From contig JAYWIR010000004.1 in NCBI GenBank assembly GCA_036172245.1, forward strand, positions 1,302,001 through 1,366,000: DNA of 64,000 nt. The letters are read 5' to 3'. Within the stretch, counting starts at the first letter, position 1; each line of letters opens with the position of its first letter. The notes beneath the pieces were generated by a model. That model did not search any database and was not told the DNA's origin. It saw only the letters and a list, made by a program, of their open reading frames with translations. Source of the stretch: Raillietiella orientalis. Lineage: Eukaryota. Shown here piece by piece: positions 24,971 through 36,929 of this stretch. The position numbers and the translations under genes were made by a program.

Positions 24971-25399
24971 TATGAACTCGTACCAGAGTATTTAGCAAAT
25001 CACAGCCATCGTGCAGGCTTTCCAGAGTTGTCAGTAGCTGCCCCATTCACCACATCAGATCGTCTTTGAAGGGTTCATGTAGTAATTTTATTTTTCTATA
25101 TATAAATAAATGTCAAGGGTCGACCAGGTGGAAAGCCTTGACACCTTGAGACCGGAATCTACGGACACCTGGACGCGTCTGACCAGCACCCAGATCTCGT
25201 CCCGTTTCAACGTTCCGGAAGAATCACCTCTGAAATGATCGCTGAAGAAACCGACGAGGATCCGCCATACCTTTGGCCGCAGCGCTGCCCTTTTAGGTGC
25301 TGGCGAAGCGCGTCCAGATATCCGCGGATCCCGATCTCAAGGCGTCAGGTTTTTTCTCGCTCGGTTGCGCCCGGGCGTTTGCGGGTAAACGACGGCAGT

Positions 25400-25760
25400 T
25401 CCCAACCGACAGGGCGGGATGGCTGCAGGAATCGAGAAACTCCTGGGCGGGTGCCCCTCCAAAAAGCTGGCCAACGCAGCTGCCCCCTGCATGAAGGCAA
25501 ACGGACGGTCCGAAAGTTTGGATGTGCAGCCGGGAGTGCTGCTTCCCTCTCCTTTCGTTCTCCCCCTCGAGCGAAAACAGGACGCGGTGCTCCTTTTGCA
25601 CTGGGATCTCCCTCGCGACGAACACCACCGCCATGTAACGGGGGAGGAGAAATCCCACAGAGAGTGCCAAGCGCGAAGCAAACGAAACCCCTCCGGCGCT
25701 CACTGATGAACGGCGGCATCTTCCGTCGGTTTTGGGGGGCAGACCGCGCGTTATTGCCTT
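25400..25760 (+). mobile_element. L1/Tx1 C-terminal finger-region fragment
   Basis: KQDAVLLLHWDLP...ECQARSKRN, homologous to KWQDSALQLLHWEIP at ~53700. Confidence 0.5.
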
Positions 25761-25789
25761 TGCTGGGAAGGCGCACAGGTGCCTTCACC

Positions 25790-27780
25790 CGAAGAAGGAA
25801 GTCAGCACTACCTTGTCGAAGCCGTAGGAGTAGGGAAGCTGCTGCTGTGTCGCCCATCGCTCTACCAATTGTTTTCTCGTACTTCCGACTCCACTCTTGC
25901 ACTGAACCATTCCTCCCGCTGGACACGACCACTCCGGATTGAACCTCTGATTACTCTTGTTTGTGTTGATCCATAAAAAACTTTGCACCTTATTCTCCAT
26001 AACAGACGACACGGCGTTTCCGGTGAAGAGGCCTTCCGGAGTCAACCGGACCAGATACCTTCGGAACAGCAGTGTTCTACAAGGGTCATCAAAGGCGCTC
26101 ACGGGGATCCCAGGCAGGATCCAGTCCGGCTGAGCTGCCCACACCAAATACAATGTGTTGGACAACCTTTGGAGAGGTCTTGTTGGTCAGGTTATGGGGT
26201 TCTCCGACTTCCCGATTAGTGATTTCCGGGATTAGTGACCCCGGAGACACAACACTTCACCTCGAGAGCTCTTGAGGAGCGTCCTCTTGCTTCTGTTCCC
26301 AACGATAGAGTAATGCAAGCACGGCGCCTGGGATGGTCACATGCTGTGGAACATCGTCCAGTATCTCTGCAACGGGGAGTTTCCCTAGACAACTGATGGC
26401 ACTGTTGTTGGGAAAGGCTGAAACTTTCATACACTTTCACGTTTCCGGGTGACTCCCGCCGCCACAAAGCATTTCTCTCCATTGGGCAGCGGAACATCCA
26501 CTCTTGATCCCCCATCAGCAAGGCAACTGTGCAGAGCAGGTAGCAGAAAGCATCCGTCCTCGCCTGCTGTTGCTTCAGAGAATCCCTCGCAGTTCACTGA
26601 ATCATGGAAACGCGCTAAGGGAGATACCAGGGAGGACCCCGCAGCCTCCTCATGAGGGCCAGACCCCGAAGCGATCCGTTCGGCAGAAAATAAGTTCAAG
26701 CCTTCGTCTTGGCGAGGGAGTACCAAGTCTTCAAGTCGGTCTCGGATCTGGAAGATCTCACAGAGCTTGCCATATCGGACTGTGGACCCAACAATATCCG
26801 GAGACGACACCCACACAAAAAAATAGGATTGTAAAAGGGACGTGACAAAGATGTTCCATGCAGTTGCCTTCTCTGGGAGATTGCCTTTGATATCGCAAGA
26901 AGGGTCTGGCGCACGCCGTGCCTCTTTCTCGGAGCAGGCAGGGCATATTTCCCTCGGGGAGAATAGATCCATGGCCACCCAGAGCTAAGTTAGGGATCCT
27001 CCACGGGGACTCCGAAAGAGGATCAGCCACGATTTTTTATTTCTGCCTGTTCATTTGCACGCTGATGCCCCTGAGATTGAGCTCGAAGAGCGTCTCCAGT
27101 ACGGTCTCTAGGGTCCGAGTGGGCAACAGGAGGAGCAAGTCTTTGGCGTAAGCAGTCACATCAAGCACGCCATTGGAGTTAAACGGGAGAAAGGCTGAAG
27201 TGTGAAGGTGCGCGTTCAGCACCAGTTCAGAGAACAGACTGAAGAGAACAGGGCGAACAGGGCTCGAATCGTCTCTGTCTCATTCCTCGTCTGACTTAGT
27301 GATTTCAAGGATGCTCCACGGCGAGTGCAGGCAGCCGAGGAGACTGGCTGGAAAGCCAGATCGCACCAGAAGCTCGAAAAAAAGCTCTCGATCAACACAG
27401 TCGAAAGTCTTTTGAAGGTCGACTGCGACCGCCGGATCTCCGACCCCCAGTGCAGCTCGTTCGCTTTCTAGGAGAGGCCGTGGCTGCTTCTTTCTGCAGC
27501 CTGAAAGAGGTGTGGGCGTAGCTTAGGTCGCCATCCAGAATTCTACCCGGGGTCGTGTAGGTCTGTTTCAAGCGGACTATGGGATTCCGCCAACTGCCCT
27601 ATTCGCACGCTGCACACCCTGGAGAGCAATTTGGAGTCCTTGTTCACGGGCGTGGTGGGATGCCAGTTTGCTTCGGCCAGCTCGGGTCTCCTCTCTCGGG
27701 TTGGAGGCGGACACCGGTGATCCGAAAAAGACCTATCGTGGAAGTCCTTTCTGTCACAAAAAATATCCAAAACTCAGAGG
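25790..27780 (-). mobile_element. Degenerate L1/Tx1 element (ORF1 end, EN, RT)
   Basis: Minus-strand order: knuckle-like VCSVRIGQLA; EN-like pieces; MGDQE...RRESPGNVKVYESF, homologous to MGEEQ...KAPGKDG..EFY of the 19148 ORF; GIPVSA...LLF (QGCPLS...LFADD-like). Confidence 0.55.
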
Positions 27781-28129
27781 GCGGTACAACGGCACCTGTG
27801 CAGTGTTCCTCTTCACGCCTCCGATGGAGGTGTCAACTTCGCCGTTCGTGAAGCACCCACCATATAGCTGACTGGGAGTCGTCTCCCCCGACAACCCGCT
27901 TTTGGTGGTCACAAGCAGTTGCGTCTGGCGCCAGAGCTCGCCGGAAGACGCCCTCGCGAACAGGAAGCAACGTGCCTACGCATGGCGCGCCGCAGCACGC
28001 GCTTCGGCGAGGTCTCCTTCCAGAAAGGCAAGGTGCATGCACGGCCTTCGGGCGAGCGTTGGCACCCTTGCTGCTGCACCCAAGTTTGCTCCTCCGCTGA
28101 TGCAGCGAATTCTCCCCAGGAGCCCGAAG

Positions 28130-28500
28130 TCAGAGGAGTAAACAAAAGCGGTTCCCTTGCGGAGGGTTCCCTCAGGAGAAGAAATTCCCAGTAGCGGATA
28201 CTTTGCTCGGGTCCCTTCGGAGAAGAAAAAACTCCCTCCAGGGGTTGCTCCGGAGAAAGTTAGGAAGATTCCCTTAGAGGATTGCTTCTTAGCGGTGAAA
28301 GGAATGGACTGCGAGCCCTTCCTGGATTCATAGGTGGTCCCCTCCCGGGGTACCCCCTATCTTGAAGAATCACACGCAGCCTCGGGTGGCGTGGAACAAT
28401 GTCAAAGAGCTGCGTGAGCCGCTGCCAGGGGCACGATGGTTCTTGAGGTACTCAGCGAACAAAAACAAAAAAAAAACTGAAAGGAAAACAGAATAGATAG
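28130..28500 (+). mobile_element. tRNA-derived SINE-like element, 3' part with A-rich tail
   Basis: Colinear with 63095-63500 (CCTTCCTGGATTCATAGG; CCCTATCTTGAAGAAT; GGGTGGCGTGGAACA; CTTGAGGT.CT.AGCGAAC then A-run). Confidence 0.7.
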
Positions 28501-28879
28501 AATAGGATTTCCATCATCCTTTTTTTCTGCCATTTCCATCATCGCACTCTACGGCAGAGGATTTCTGCCTATAGTGCGGGTTCGCGGGAAGGCTTTCCGG
28601 AGCGGTTTCTCTTCGCTAAAAACTGCCGGCAGAAGATGCGGAGGACACCACTGACGAAAGAGATGTTCGGAACCTTTAACGCGACCTATGTGGGACGGAG
28701 CAGCTTCCATCTGAAATAAACAGACCGTTCGAGAACGAATGTTGAAGGGATGCGCTTTACGACAGTCCTTGGTCTGTTGTCCCCCTAAAACGCGGAAGCA
28801 GGGCGCTTTACTGTGGAAAGCAGAGTGCCGCAGCTGCAGCTAGGGCGTCGCCTGCCCTGTTGGCGTATGCGCTGCGCTC

Positions 28880-29600
28880 TAGGAATCGCCCTCGTTTCCT
28901 TCCAGCAGGGGCGAGCGGAGATTCTGTATCCAGTCTTCCCACCAGGAGGCAACGCAGCCTCAGATGAGTCTCTCAAAGTCTGTGGCAACCGAGCTTCCTT
29001 GCCGTCACGATTTTCCATCACGTGTGTAAAATTCTGGGAGACCAAATTCGAGGATGTACGCTGTCTCAGCAACCGTTGCGCCGAATTGCGGTTCTTGATA
29101 AACATCCTGCCGCGGATCTCCTAAGTAAGCCGAAAACATCAAAGCGAAGGATGGCCTCATCGGTCACCCTCTTGGGAATCTTCGAGAGGAACCGCGGGGG
29201 CGATGTTCGCGAGGAGGAGCGTCCCTCCTTCAATTCCGGGTGGCGCCCGTGACGCTTGCAGTAACGTCTCTCAAGCAAGGAAACCCGCCGCAGTTCGGGA
29301 CTCTACTGGCAGGAAGATGGAAGATCTCTGCCGATCAAGACTTTCACCACAAACGGCTTGATTAGAAATCCACGCCGGCCATCCCAGTGGTCGAATGCGC
29401 CATCAGCTTGCCGGGACTCTGCTTGCCTCAACAGGCGCAGACTCATTTCCCTTTCTCACCACAGCACTTATTCTCGAACATCCTTACAACCTGAATTCAG
29501 GACCAGACAAGGAAAATAAATCTCCGAATTCGCCAAACGAAGGCAACCAACCAAAGAACCCTTTCCTGGAATCTGTGCACATCCGCTGATGCAAGAGTCC
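28880..29600 (-). mobile_element. Tx1-type ORF1 remnant
   Basis: FLSKIPKRVTDEAILRFDVFG...RRNG, then an eroded knuckle GKTGYRISARP; typical Tx1 ORF1 (P..+.DE.I...+..FG...NG.R...CCHC). Confidence 0.5.
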
Positions 29601-30649
29601 CTGTTCAGCGCACCTTGCAAGAAGTGAATCCACGAAAGACAACATGAGGCAACGGTAACCCAGAAATGTTACAAACTTATCTTCCTTCCAGCTCCTCGCT
29701 GCGAGGAAAGTGTCATGGACCGTGCAGCGCTGCGTTGATATATGCAAATGACAACAGGAGCCGTAAAGGGAAAGAGACAAGGGTCGCATTATATTAGCAC
29801 ACGCGTGTGGTTAGACGGCGGCCGAAAGAGTCAAGTCCAGCGAAACTATCGATAGGAGCAGCAAAAAGACCTGGGCTGGGAAAATTTTGCGTTCCAAGGG
29901 ATGCGACGGCGGACAATAAGTCCAATCGGCTCGCGCCTGCGTAGAGGTGGCAGAAGAAGAAACACAGTCAAAGGATCCGACCGTCTAAAACAGCGTCCTT
30001 CTCGAGGGAAAAACACGGAACTCAAACGTGAACTCCTTCTGAAAGCACACGCTGTCATGGAAACCACTCAAGCAATGCCAGTGTAAGAATCGAAGGCTCC
30101 TCGCGGGGTGGAATATCGGTCACAACATACTGTCATCAGTCGTCAGTCGCTACCCACAAGAAGAGCTCGGGAGGAAACAGCCAACATGTACAAGCATCCT
30201 GGGGCCAATCTAGAGGATTTTTCCTCGCGTCGCTGGTCAATGCGAGCAAGTTCCTGCTCCCGCGGCACGGGATCTCGCTTTTTGCAGCACTTGGAAACGC
30301 TTCGGCGTACTCTCTGCTCGGGAAATGCGTGCCAGTGCGTCCGTTCAACATTGGCACACAGTTCTGGAAAAGAACCCTTCCTCCTTTGCTAAAGCTGCGG
30401 AATTGCGTCTTCCGCCGACACAAGCAAAATGCACAAAGAGGTAAGAATTCTGGGAAGGGGTTTTGCATCCAAGGACGAAAATAAAGCTCCCTTCTTAGAT
30501 GCCGAATGGTCGTAGAAAGAAAAAAATGACGCTGGAGCGACGACGCCAGTGCTTAGCATTTCCTTCCTTCAAATGTATATGCCGGGGCCAATGAACGGGC
30601 TATCAAGGAGGCAGAGACATTCCAGCTGTGAATGATGAAGGTAAAATGC

Positions 30650-31250
30650 AATGCGAACACAGAGTTCCCTCTCATTTCGGGCTTTCGAAGAATAGGACGC
30701 GTTCCCTACCCACAGTCTTCGTTCCAGGATGCACTGCTAGGAGTGGATAACGGTTCGTATACAGTTGAGCATCTTGATAAGCAAGAAGCAGGGTTTCGAA
30801 ATGCAGCGAGCACCATGTTTTGCGAGGCGTCACTGAAAGCAAGGTCATCACCTGGAGGCATTAGATCTCCTTCTTCACGGTTTCTGGTCTTCTCCTTTTC
30901 ATATTCAGTTCCTGTGGTGCCTTGCCTCGCCGCTCCGTCAAGATCTCCGCGCTCGCACAATGCCTCGTGCTGATGCAAGAAATCTTTTGCTGGCAAAGTG
31001 CTGAGAGGTAATCCAGCGTTTTCCTTCTGGAGCCTTCCGGGACCAAGAAATTGCTTTCCAAAGGACACAAAGCGTCATCAATAATCATTTGCTCCTCGCC
31101 TAGCACGACTAAGAACCTGGTGCAGAAGATGGATCGATTGATGAGATCAGCAAGTTTCCAGATGTCCGTTGTCATTTTTTGCAGTTTCTTCAGCGATTCT
31201 TTCGCGACAGCCGATGACTTCGGAGCTCAGCCTACGGCGGCCCACAATAC
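30650..31250 (-). mobile_element. Possible Gypsy protease/RT-start remnant
   Basis: INRSIFCTRFLVVLGEEQMIIDDAL resembles a retropepsin C-terminus; TPSSASWN resembles the PS.SPW motif before RT. Weak. Confidence 0.3.
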
Positions 31251-32949
31251 GCTGCAGAGACTCCTGCCAAACTGTGCATTTCCTTTAAAAAAATAGTCAA
31301 CACCGCTTCAAGCGGGCATGGCTCTTTCTGGAAATAGACTTGGCCGAACTACGTGTATGAAGCGGTAGTTTCCTCCAAGCGCGTGTGCTTACAGCTAGAA
31401 TGGAAGTAACCGGGATCGAGGTGTTGACCAATGAGGAACATAATTTTGCCACCGTCAGGATGCTTTTCTTTTCCGGGGAAAAGTGTTGGTCAGCATCCGA
31501 GCCAGCAGTGTGCTTCGAAGTTTCCTTCCACCTGCCAGTCGAGGAACACTCTCCCCAACTTCATTAGTCAGGGAGACACAATTAGTTAATGAGATACAAC
31601 ACAATCCGTAATGATTCCCTCCATGCAAATCCTGTGTCTCTTGCAGGAATACAATTTCTTGCTTCTACGTAGTGCGCTGTTCGTCTGACCTACTTAGTCT
31701 ACTGAGGCTCCCCACCATTCTCCGGCTTCAACTTCATCATACGCCAACACTATTTTGATTCATATCCTCTTGTCGCTTTTCTTCAACAGTGAGTTTAAGA
31801 TTTTTCTTTTCCGACGTTGTCAGCTTCCTACATTCCGTCCCTGCTACCTGATATCTTTTTCCTGTTTTGCTACTCTTCATTTATATGTTCGTGCAATATC
31901 TGAGAGCGCAGAGATCGAGGAGAGTATAATTTCAAGGAGAAAGAAGCATTCTATTCTGGATGAGTTAGGCATAGTTGGACAAAGCAAAAGAGCATGCTAA
32001 GACATCGGAGAAGGCAACATGTAAAGAGCAGTAGTAGTCAACAAGCTCACGTAATGCTAAGAAGTTCAATAAACCACGAGGTCGTAGTGAAAAATTATCC
32101 TAAAAAGTATAAGGCGTAGGCGTAAAGTCCTACCAATGAAATGGGAAATGCCCAATAAGAGCAGATAAATTCTGCCGATAATTTAACAAAACAATTTCAG
32201 TGCAGATAATCTTCACAATAATGTTTTTTTAAAAGCATCGTTGTAATGTTTTAGCTGAGAATCGCGAAAAGATTGCATTCGTTCAAGAGATCATACTTCA
32301 AGGTCAAAAATGGCACCATGTAATTGAGTATTTAGAATATTGGAAGGAGAACCTGGATCATCAGTGAGTGTTACCGATCACATTAAACCAAATAATCAAA
32401 GAAAAAAACAGAATGTAAAAAAAAGGAAAAAAAAACAGAAAAAGACAATAACTGCAAATGAGGAGTTTGGCAAATGAATAAAGCCATCAAATTAGCTAGT
32501 ATAGAAGAACGAGTAAGATGATTACCATCAACATCTCAGGAAGCGATGGTGGAAATAATAGAAGGGATGCACGAAGCCAAGCCATTACTCGGAACGAATG
32601 GATTACTTACAATTTTAATGTAAAAGATGGAACGTAGGCTGTTCCACAAGGAGGCATGGATACTCACTTACAAGAAAGCAAACTAGAAGGAAGACAAAAC
32701 AGAAGAAACAATTTCAATACTAAAGAGTCCATCAGGTTCATTTGATCCTTGTGTACCAAGGGATCGCCGCAGTATCCTTGAACCACGGGTGGCTAAAAGG
32801 AGACAGACAGCGTTTGAATTGGATAATGAGATGCTTCATCTTAATGCACTAGGTGCCTCTTAGAACGGTAGAATAAGCCGCTTGCAAGAAATATACCAAG
32901 TAGATCTACAGCCATCCACTGATGGATGACTGATGGATGCATTGCGGTC

Positions 32950-33400
32950 TAGGCTGTTCGAATCTGTAAATGAAGTTTTTGGATTCTGCAGACGCCCTGT
33001 TTCCTGACTACTCCTGTTTCCTCAGGATGAGAAGGTGAGTACAAAAGTGCACTGTAATGCAATGGGGACGAGCAAAGGTGGTCACAAAGACGCATCAGGA
33101 TTTTCAGCATTCGAAAGTGATGGATCTCGTGTTTAGTCATCTGCACGGAATGACCGAAAGTCCAGGGGATGAAAGAGTGAGCCACCAGTTTTTGTGGATG
33201 GTTTAAAAGGATTCAAAGGGACTGCCGATTCAAAGAGAAGTTTCAAAGACCTCGCAGGCTAGGTAAGCTACAAGCCTCTACTAAAGTGGAAGGAAGATCT
33301 TCCAAGTAATTCCCGCCGAAAACATATGACTATTCCAGTTGCACGCAAGCACGGCATTATCTACTGTGTGGTGCGTTCTAGAAAAGCGTCATGTACTAAC
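32950..33400 (-). mobile_element. LTR-retrotransposon integrase core remnant
   Basis: FIPWTFGHSVQM and YSPSHPEETGVVR (S.YHPQxNG.VER motif). Confidence 0.45.
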
Positions 33401-34849
33401 GACGTGATGCGTAGAAAAAGTAGAATAGAGCAGTTCCAGGCGGCAGAATGCAACTAGGTGTAACAGAAATTCGCTAGTGTTGCTATCAGCTTCCTGCCTC
33501 AGAGAGACTCCGAGTGGCAGCAAAACTGCACGAAATCAAAGATCTTCCAAAGAGCTACTCCGCGCTGAAGACCCTTCTCGTTCCGGCTGAGAAGGGCTCA
33601 GCACCCTCAAGGATTTTCAAGTCATTTCGTCTCCTCTTAGCTTCAAAAAAAAACTTTCCCGAGCAGTGAGGATGTTAGGGAAACGGCTGGCCGGCTCCTC
33701 CAAACATGCCGATTCCAGGAGAATGCTGTGAAGGAGCACCCTTCTTAGGATAGCCATCCCCAAGGCATCTCTGCGGAGCAGCGGAAAACATCGGAGACAG
33801 CGAACGAAGCGAATCTGTGAGCGAGACATCGCAAGCTCCTTCTTCCGCGAGACCCGAAGTCCCGATGACACGAGGGGATCGCGGAAGCTCGGCGAAAGCA
33901 TCGGAGACAGAGTTCTCTCAAATGGGAGAAGGAAGCTTCGCGTCTTTCCTGGCATCCGTTAAGAGGAAACGACGTCAGAGTTCCTCAGCGTCGCAGAATC
34001 TCATTGCCTGAAGCTCCGGAGGTCGATCGGAAGATCAGGAAACGAGACCGAACAAGGAGAATGCTCCGTGGAGCTATGTGCAGCATCCAGAGGGGGAGAA
34101 CCGGAGAGCAGCAACAATCGGGTAGTGTTCCTGGTTCCTCAGCTGCGAATGGGGTGGGAAAACGCTCAAACAATTCCGATCCGCAGCACTGCCTCCGAAA
34201 CGTCCGCAGGCCTACCACCAAGCAAAAAAGAGAATTCTCGAATGACCCGAAAATGAGACGATCGCGAAGATTCGGGAGACGACGGCAGGCGCCTGCTGCC
34301 TTCGCAGCAGCTGCAAAGAGAAGCATTCGCGATCCCGATGGCACGTGCCTCGCTTCAGGTATGCAGCTGTGGAATGCGCGGTCCCGCAGATGACGGCCGC
34401 TGCCCGAGCGGTGCTGCTCGCTATGCCTCGACCGCGCGAAGGTGCGCACGTGTGTGTCATTTCCCGAGGACGCCCACGCGTTTTCGGCGTCACCACCGAA
34501 TGCCTCGCCAGTCCGCATGCGGGGTGCACACCATGGCGACTAGAGGGAGAGCCCGCAACGCATGCGCGAAACCTCCTTCACTCTATCAAGCGTTTCCAAG
34601 GAAACCCATTTATTGCACCAGAGAGATGAATTTTTGGCAAAGGTCCTTGTCGGTACTTATGATCGTTCTGTCCGTTTCCCGAGTGAGAGATCACTTGCGT
34701 TTCCTCATAGCAGCGTTCCAGGCTCCATCACTGACGTCAGCGCGCAGAAGTAGGCGCGCGTGCCTTGCCTCATCCGAGGAAACAGCTGAGCGGTAGTTGC
34801 CAACTGCAAATCCCCACCCCACCTTTCAAATCCAGAGTTCCTCCTCCTC

Positions 34850-35120
34850 ACCCTTGTCATTCGAAGACGTCAAGAGCGGCCGCGCTCGCTCTGACTCGGA
34901 GGTGCGCATGGGACTCCCCACCCTGAGGAAAAAACCTGAACACAGCAGCACCTGCACAGCACTCACCATGACCCCTGTCCTCTACCCTCCCCATATCTTT
35001 ATTTCTATTTTTTATATGTGTATTTGTGGTCCCCTCCCTCCTGTTCCGGACTTTCGGTTTACCGACCTGCGTATCGGGGATCCGCCCCCCCTTCGTTTCT
35101 TCTGTGTCCTTTGCCTGGGA
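34850..35120 (+). mobile_element. L1/Tx1 3' UTR-like remnant
   Basis: C-rich then T-rich tract, followed by CCGACCTGCGTATCGGG similar to CCGGTCTGCGTACCGGG of the 61.66 kb copy. Confidence 0.4.
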
Positions 35121-35409
35121 ACTGTTCCTGGATAGTTTAGGAATAAACGCCCCGGCGCACCCGGGTGACAAACATCACGCACCATCCGCATCGTGACGCA
35201 GTAGGGGCACCATCCAAAGGTAAACACAGGCCGCCAGCAGGCTGAAGCTCATACACCTCATGGGGCGCCCATTCTTAAAGCAAAGAGCCCGTCCTCAACG
35301 AAGAGAGACCGCTGAAAGGCTCCCGTCCTCACTGCAATGCTCCTTCCCTGAATGAGAGGCTCCTTCCCTTACTGAAGAGAGCCCGTCCATCCCGAAGGGA
35401 GCATATCAT

Positions 35410-36010
35410 TACCGAAATGTTTCTTTGCTTACTGCAAGGCGCCTATCCTGGCTATAGGGCGCCCCCGAAGGCCTGCACCCCTTTCACCTACTTGAGTAGG
35501 CCTCCTAGCATCCTGCAATCTGCCCGGCTCATTTCGTTGCTTCCACTCCCTCGGTTGGAGCCGAACTTCGTTGAGGGAATGGCCGTTGGGTCGGGCTTCG
35601 CGGGCCACAGCAAGCAGGGACCAGTTTGCATTCTCCGTAGATGATGGACTGAGCCGTGACCTGCAGCTGTATCGTCGCGTCCGCGAAAGCATATGGAGGG
35701 TTCCACTTGGATTTTTGTTTCTCTTGCAGGAAAATCTCTGGACTGCCGGTTGACTGGCGACGCCACCGTAGCACGAGCTCCAGGGCAGAAAGGTATTACC
35801 GAAGCACGTGTCCTGCTTGGTGCTCGTGTTTCCCCGGAACACCTGTCCCTCACGCAAAGAGTGACCACTTTTGTGTTTGCTGCCTTTTCTGGACGGTTTC
35901 GGTCGCTGGACGGTCTCGCTGCACTCGAGACCCAGCTGCTCTCATTGTTTTACAGTGCCGATTCGACTGTGCAACACGATCGCTCCACCCTGGCGAAGAC
36001 CATTTGTTGA
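35410..36010 (+). mobile_element. Degenerate L1-type RT core
   Basis: RLEP followed by QFAFSVDDGL (YADD position), then LQLYRRV and VLLG in the expected order. Confidence 0.45.
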
Positions 36011-36479
36011 AGCTCCCACGCAGAGGTGAGAGGGCGTCATGCTGAGTGTCTTGCTGATTGCTTCTTGAAGAAGGTGGAGTGCCTCCCGTGGCTGCTATCC
36101 TCCTGCTGACTGACCCGCGTCGTTGAGGAGCGGGCGTTCCATCCTACGAGGGTGGGCATGCGGAGGCGTGACGGCAGGCACGCGGTCCGCACGGCGGGCA
36201 GAACCGGTAGGTGTGTTTGCCACGCCACGCACGGTTGCCTCGCCCTCTTTCCTGCCATGGGCGCGCGGATGGAAAAGAGCGCGGGGCAGGCATCCATCCC
36301 CCACCGCAGCCCGTCGTCCCTTCCTCGCCGTTGAATCTTCGCCGTCAGCGGAGGCGTTTTTTTCTCTGCTCCCTACACGAGGTACGCCCGAAGCGGCAGG
36401 CGGATGTGGTTTTCCCGGCTGTCGTTCCCGGATGAATCTTCTTACTGACTCCGTTACTACCTTGTTATTTCCTCAGTTT

Positions 36480-36906
36480 ACTCCTCCGCTGAAGAAAACC
36501 CCGAAAGGACGCTTCCAAAATTCAGAAGGCGCTCCCTGGAGGGGGAGGCACGTTTCCCTGTGCTCACTGGAGAGGTAACACAACTACTCCATGGTACGAC
36601 ATGGAAGGTCCTCCCGAAGGGAGGTCCTCTCCTTTGCACAACAGGAGGGGAGCCCCCACTCCTTGATTCCTGGGAGGACCAGAGGTCGACTCCCATTGTT
36701 CCAGCCACTCATCGGGGACATCCGGTTTTAACCGCTACCAGTGCCGCACCCGAATGAATATATGTCGACCAGCGTCTATTGCAGGAGGGACTCCAACCCA
36801 CGACGCACCCCCATCTCTCGGCGTCGATTCTTTCCGAGTATTCGAACCCACGACGCTTGGTGCCACGCCTTGCGGAGACCATGACCACATGGCCTCCAAC
36901 GCGGGC
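36480..36906 (-). mobile_element. tRNA-derived SINE-like element, 5' half
   Basis: Head GCCCGCGTTGGAGGCCATGTGGT...GTCGTGGGTTCGAATAC; body colinear with 62705-63100. Confidence 0.7.
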
Positions 36907-36929
36907 AAAGTCAGAGAGCGGGGCATGCT

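Noticed and set aside
30095..30112. HDV-like ribozyme suggested by TCCTCGCGG (also ~8343)
   Set aside because: The flanking bases cannot form the P3 and P1 helices.
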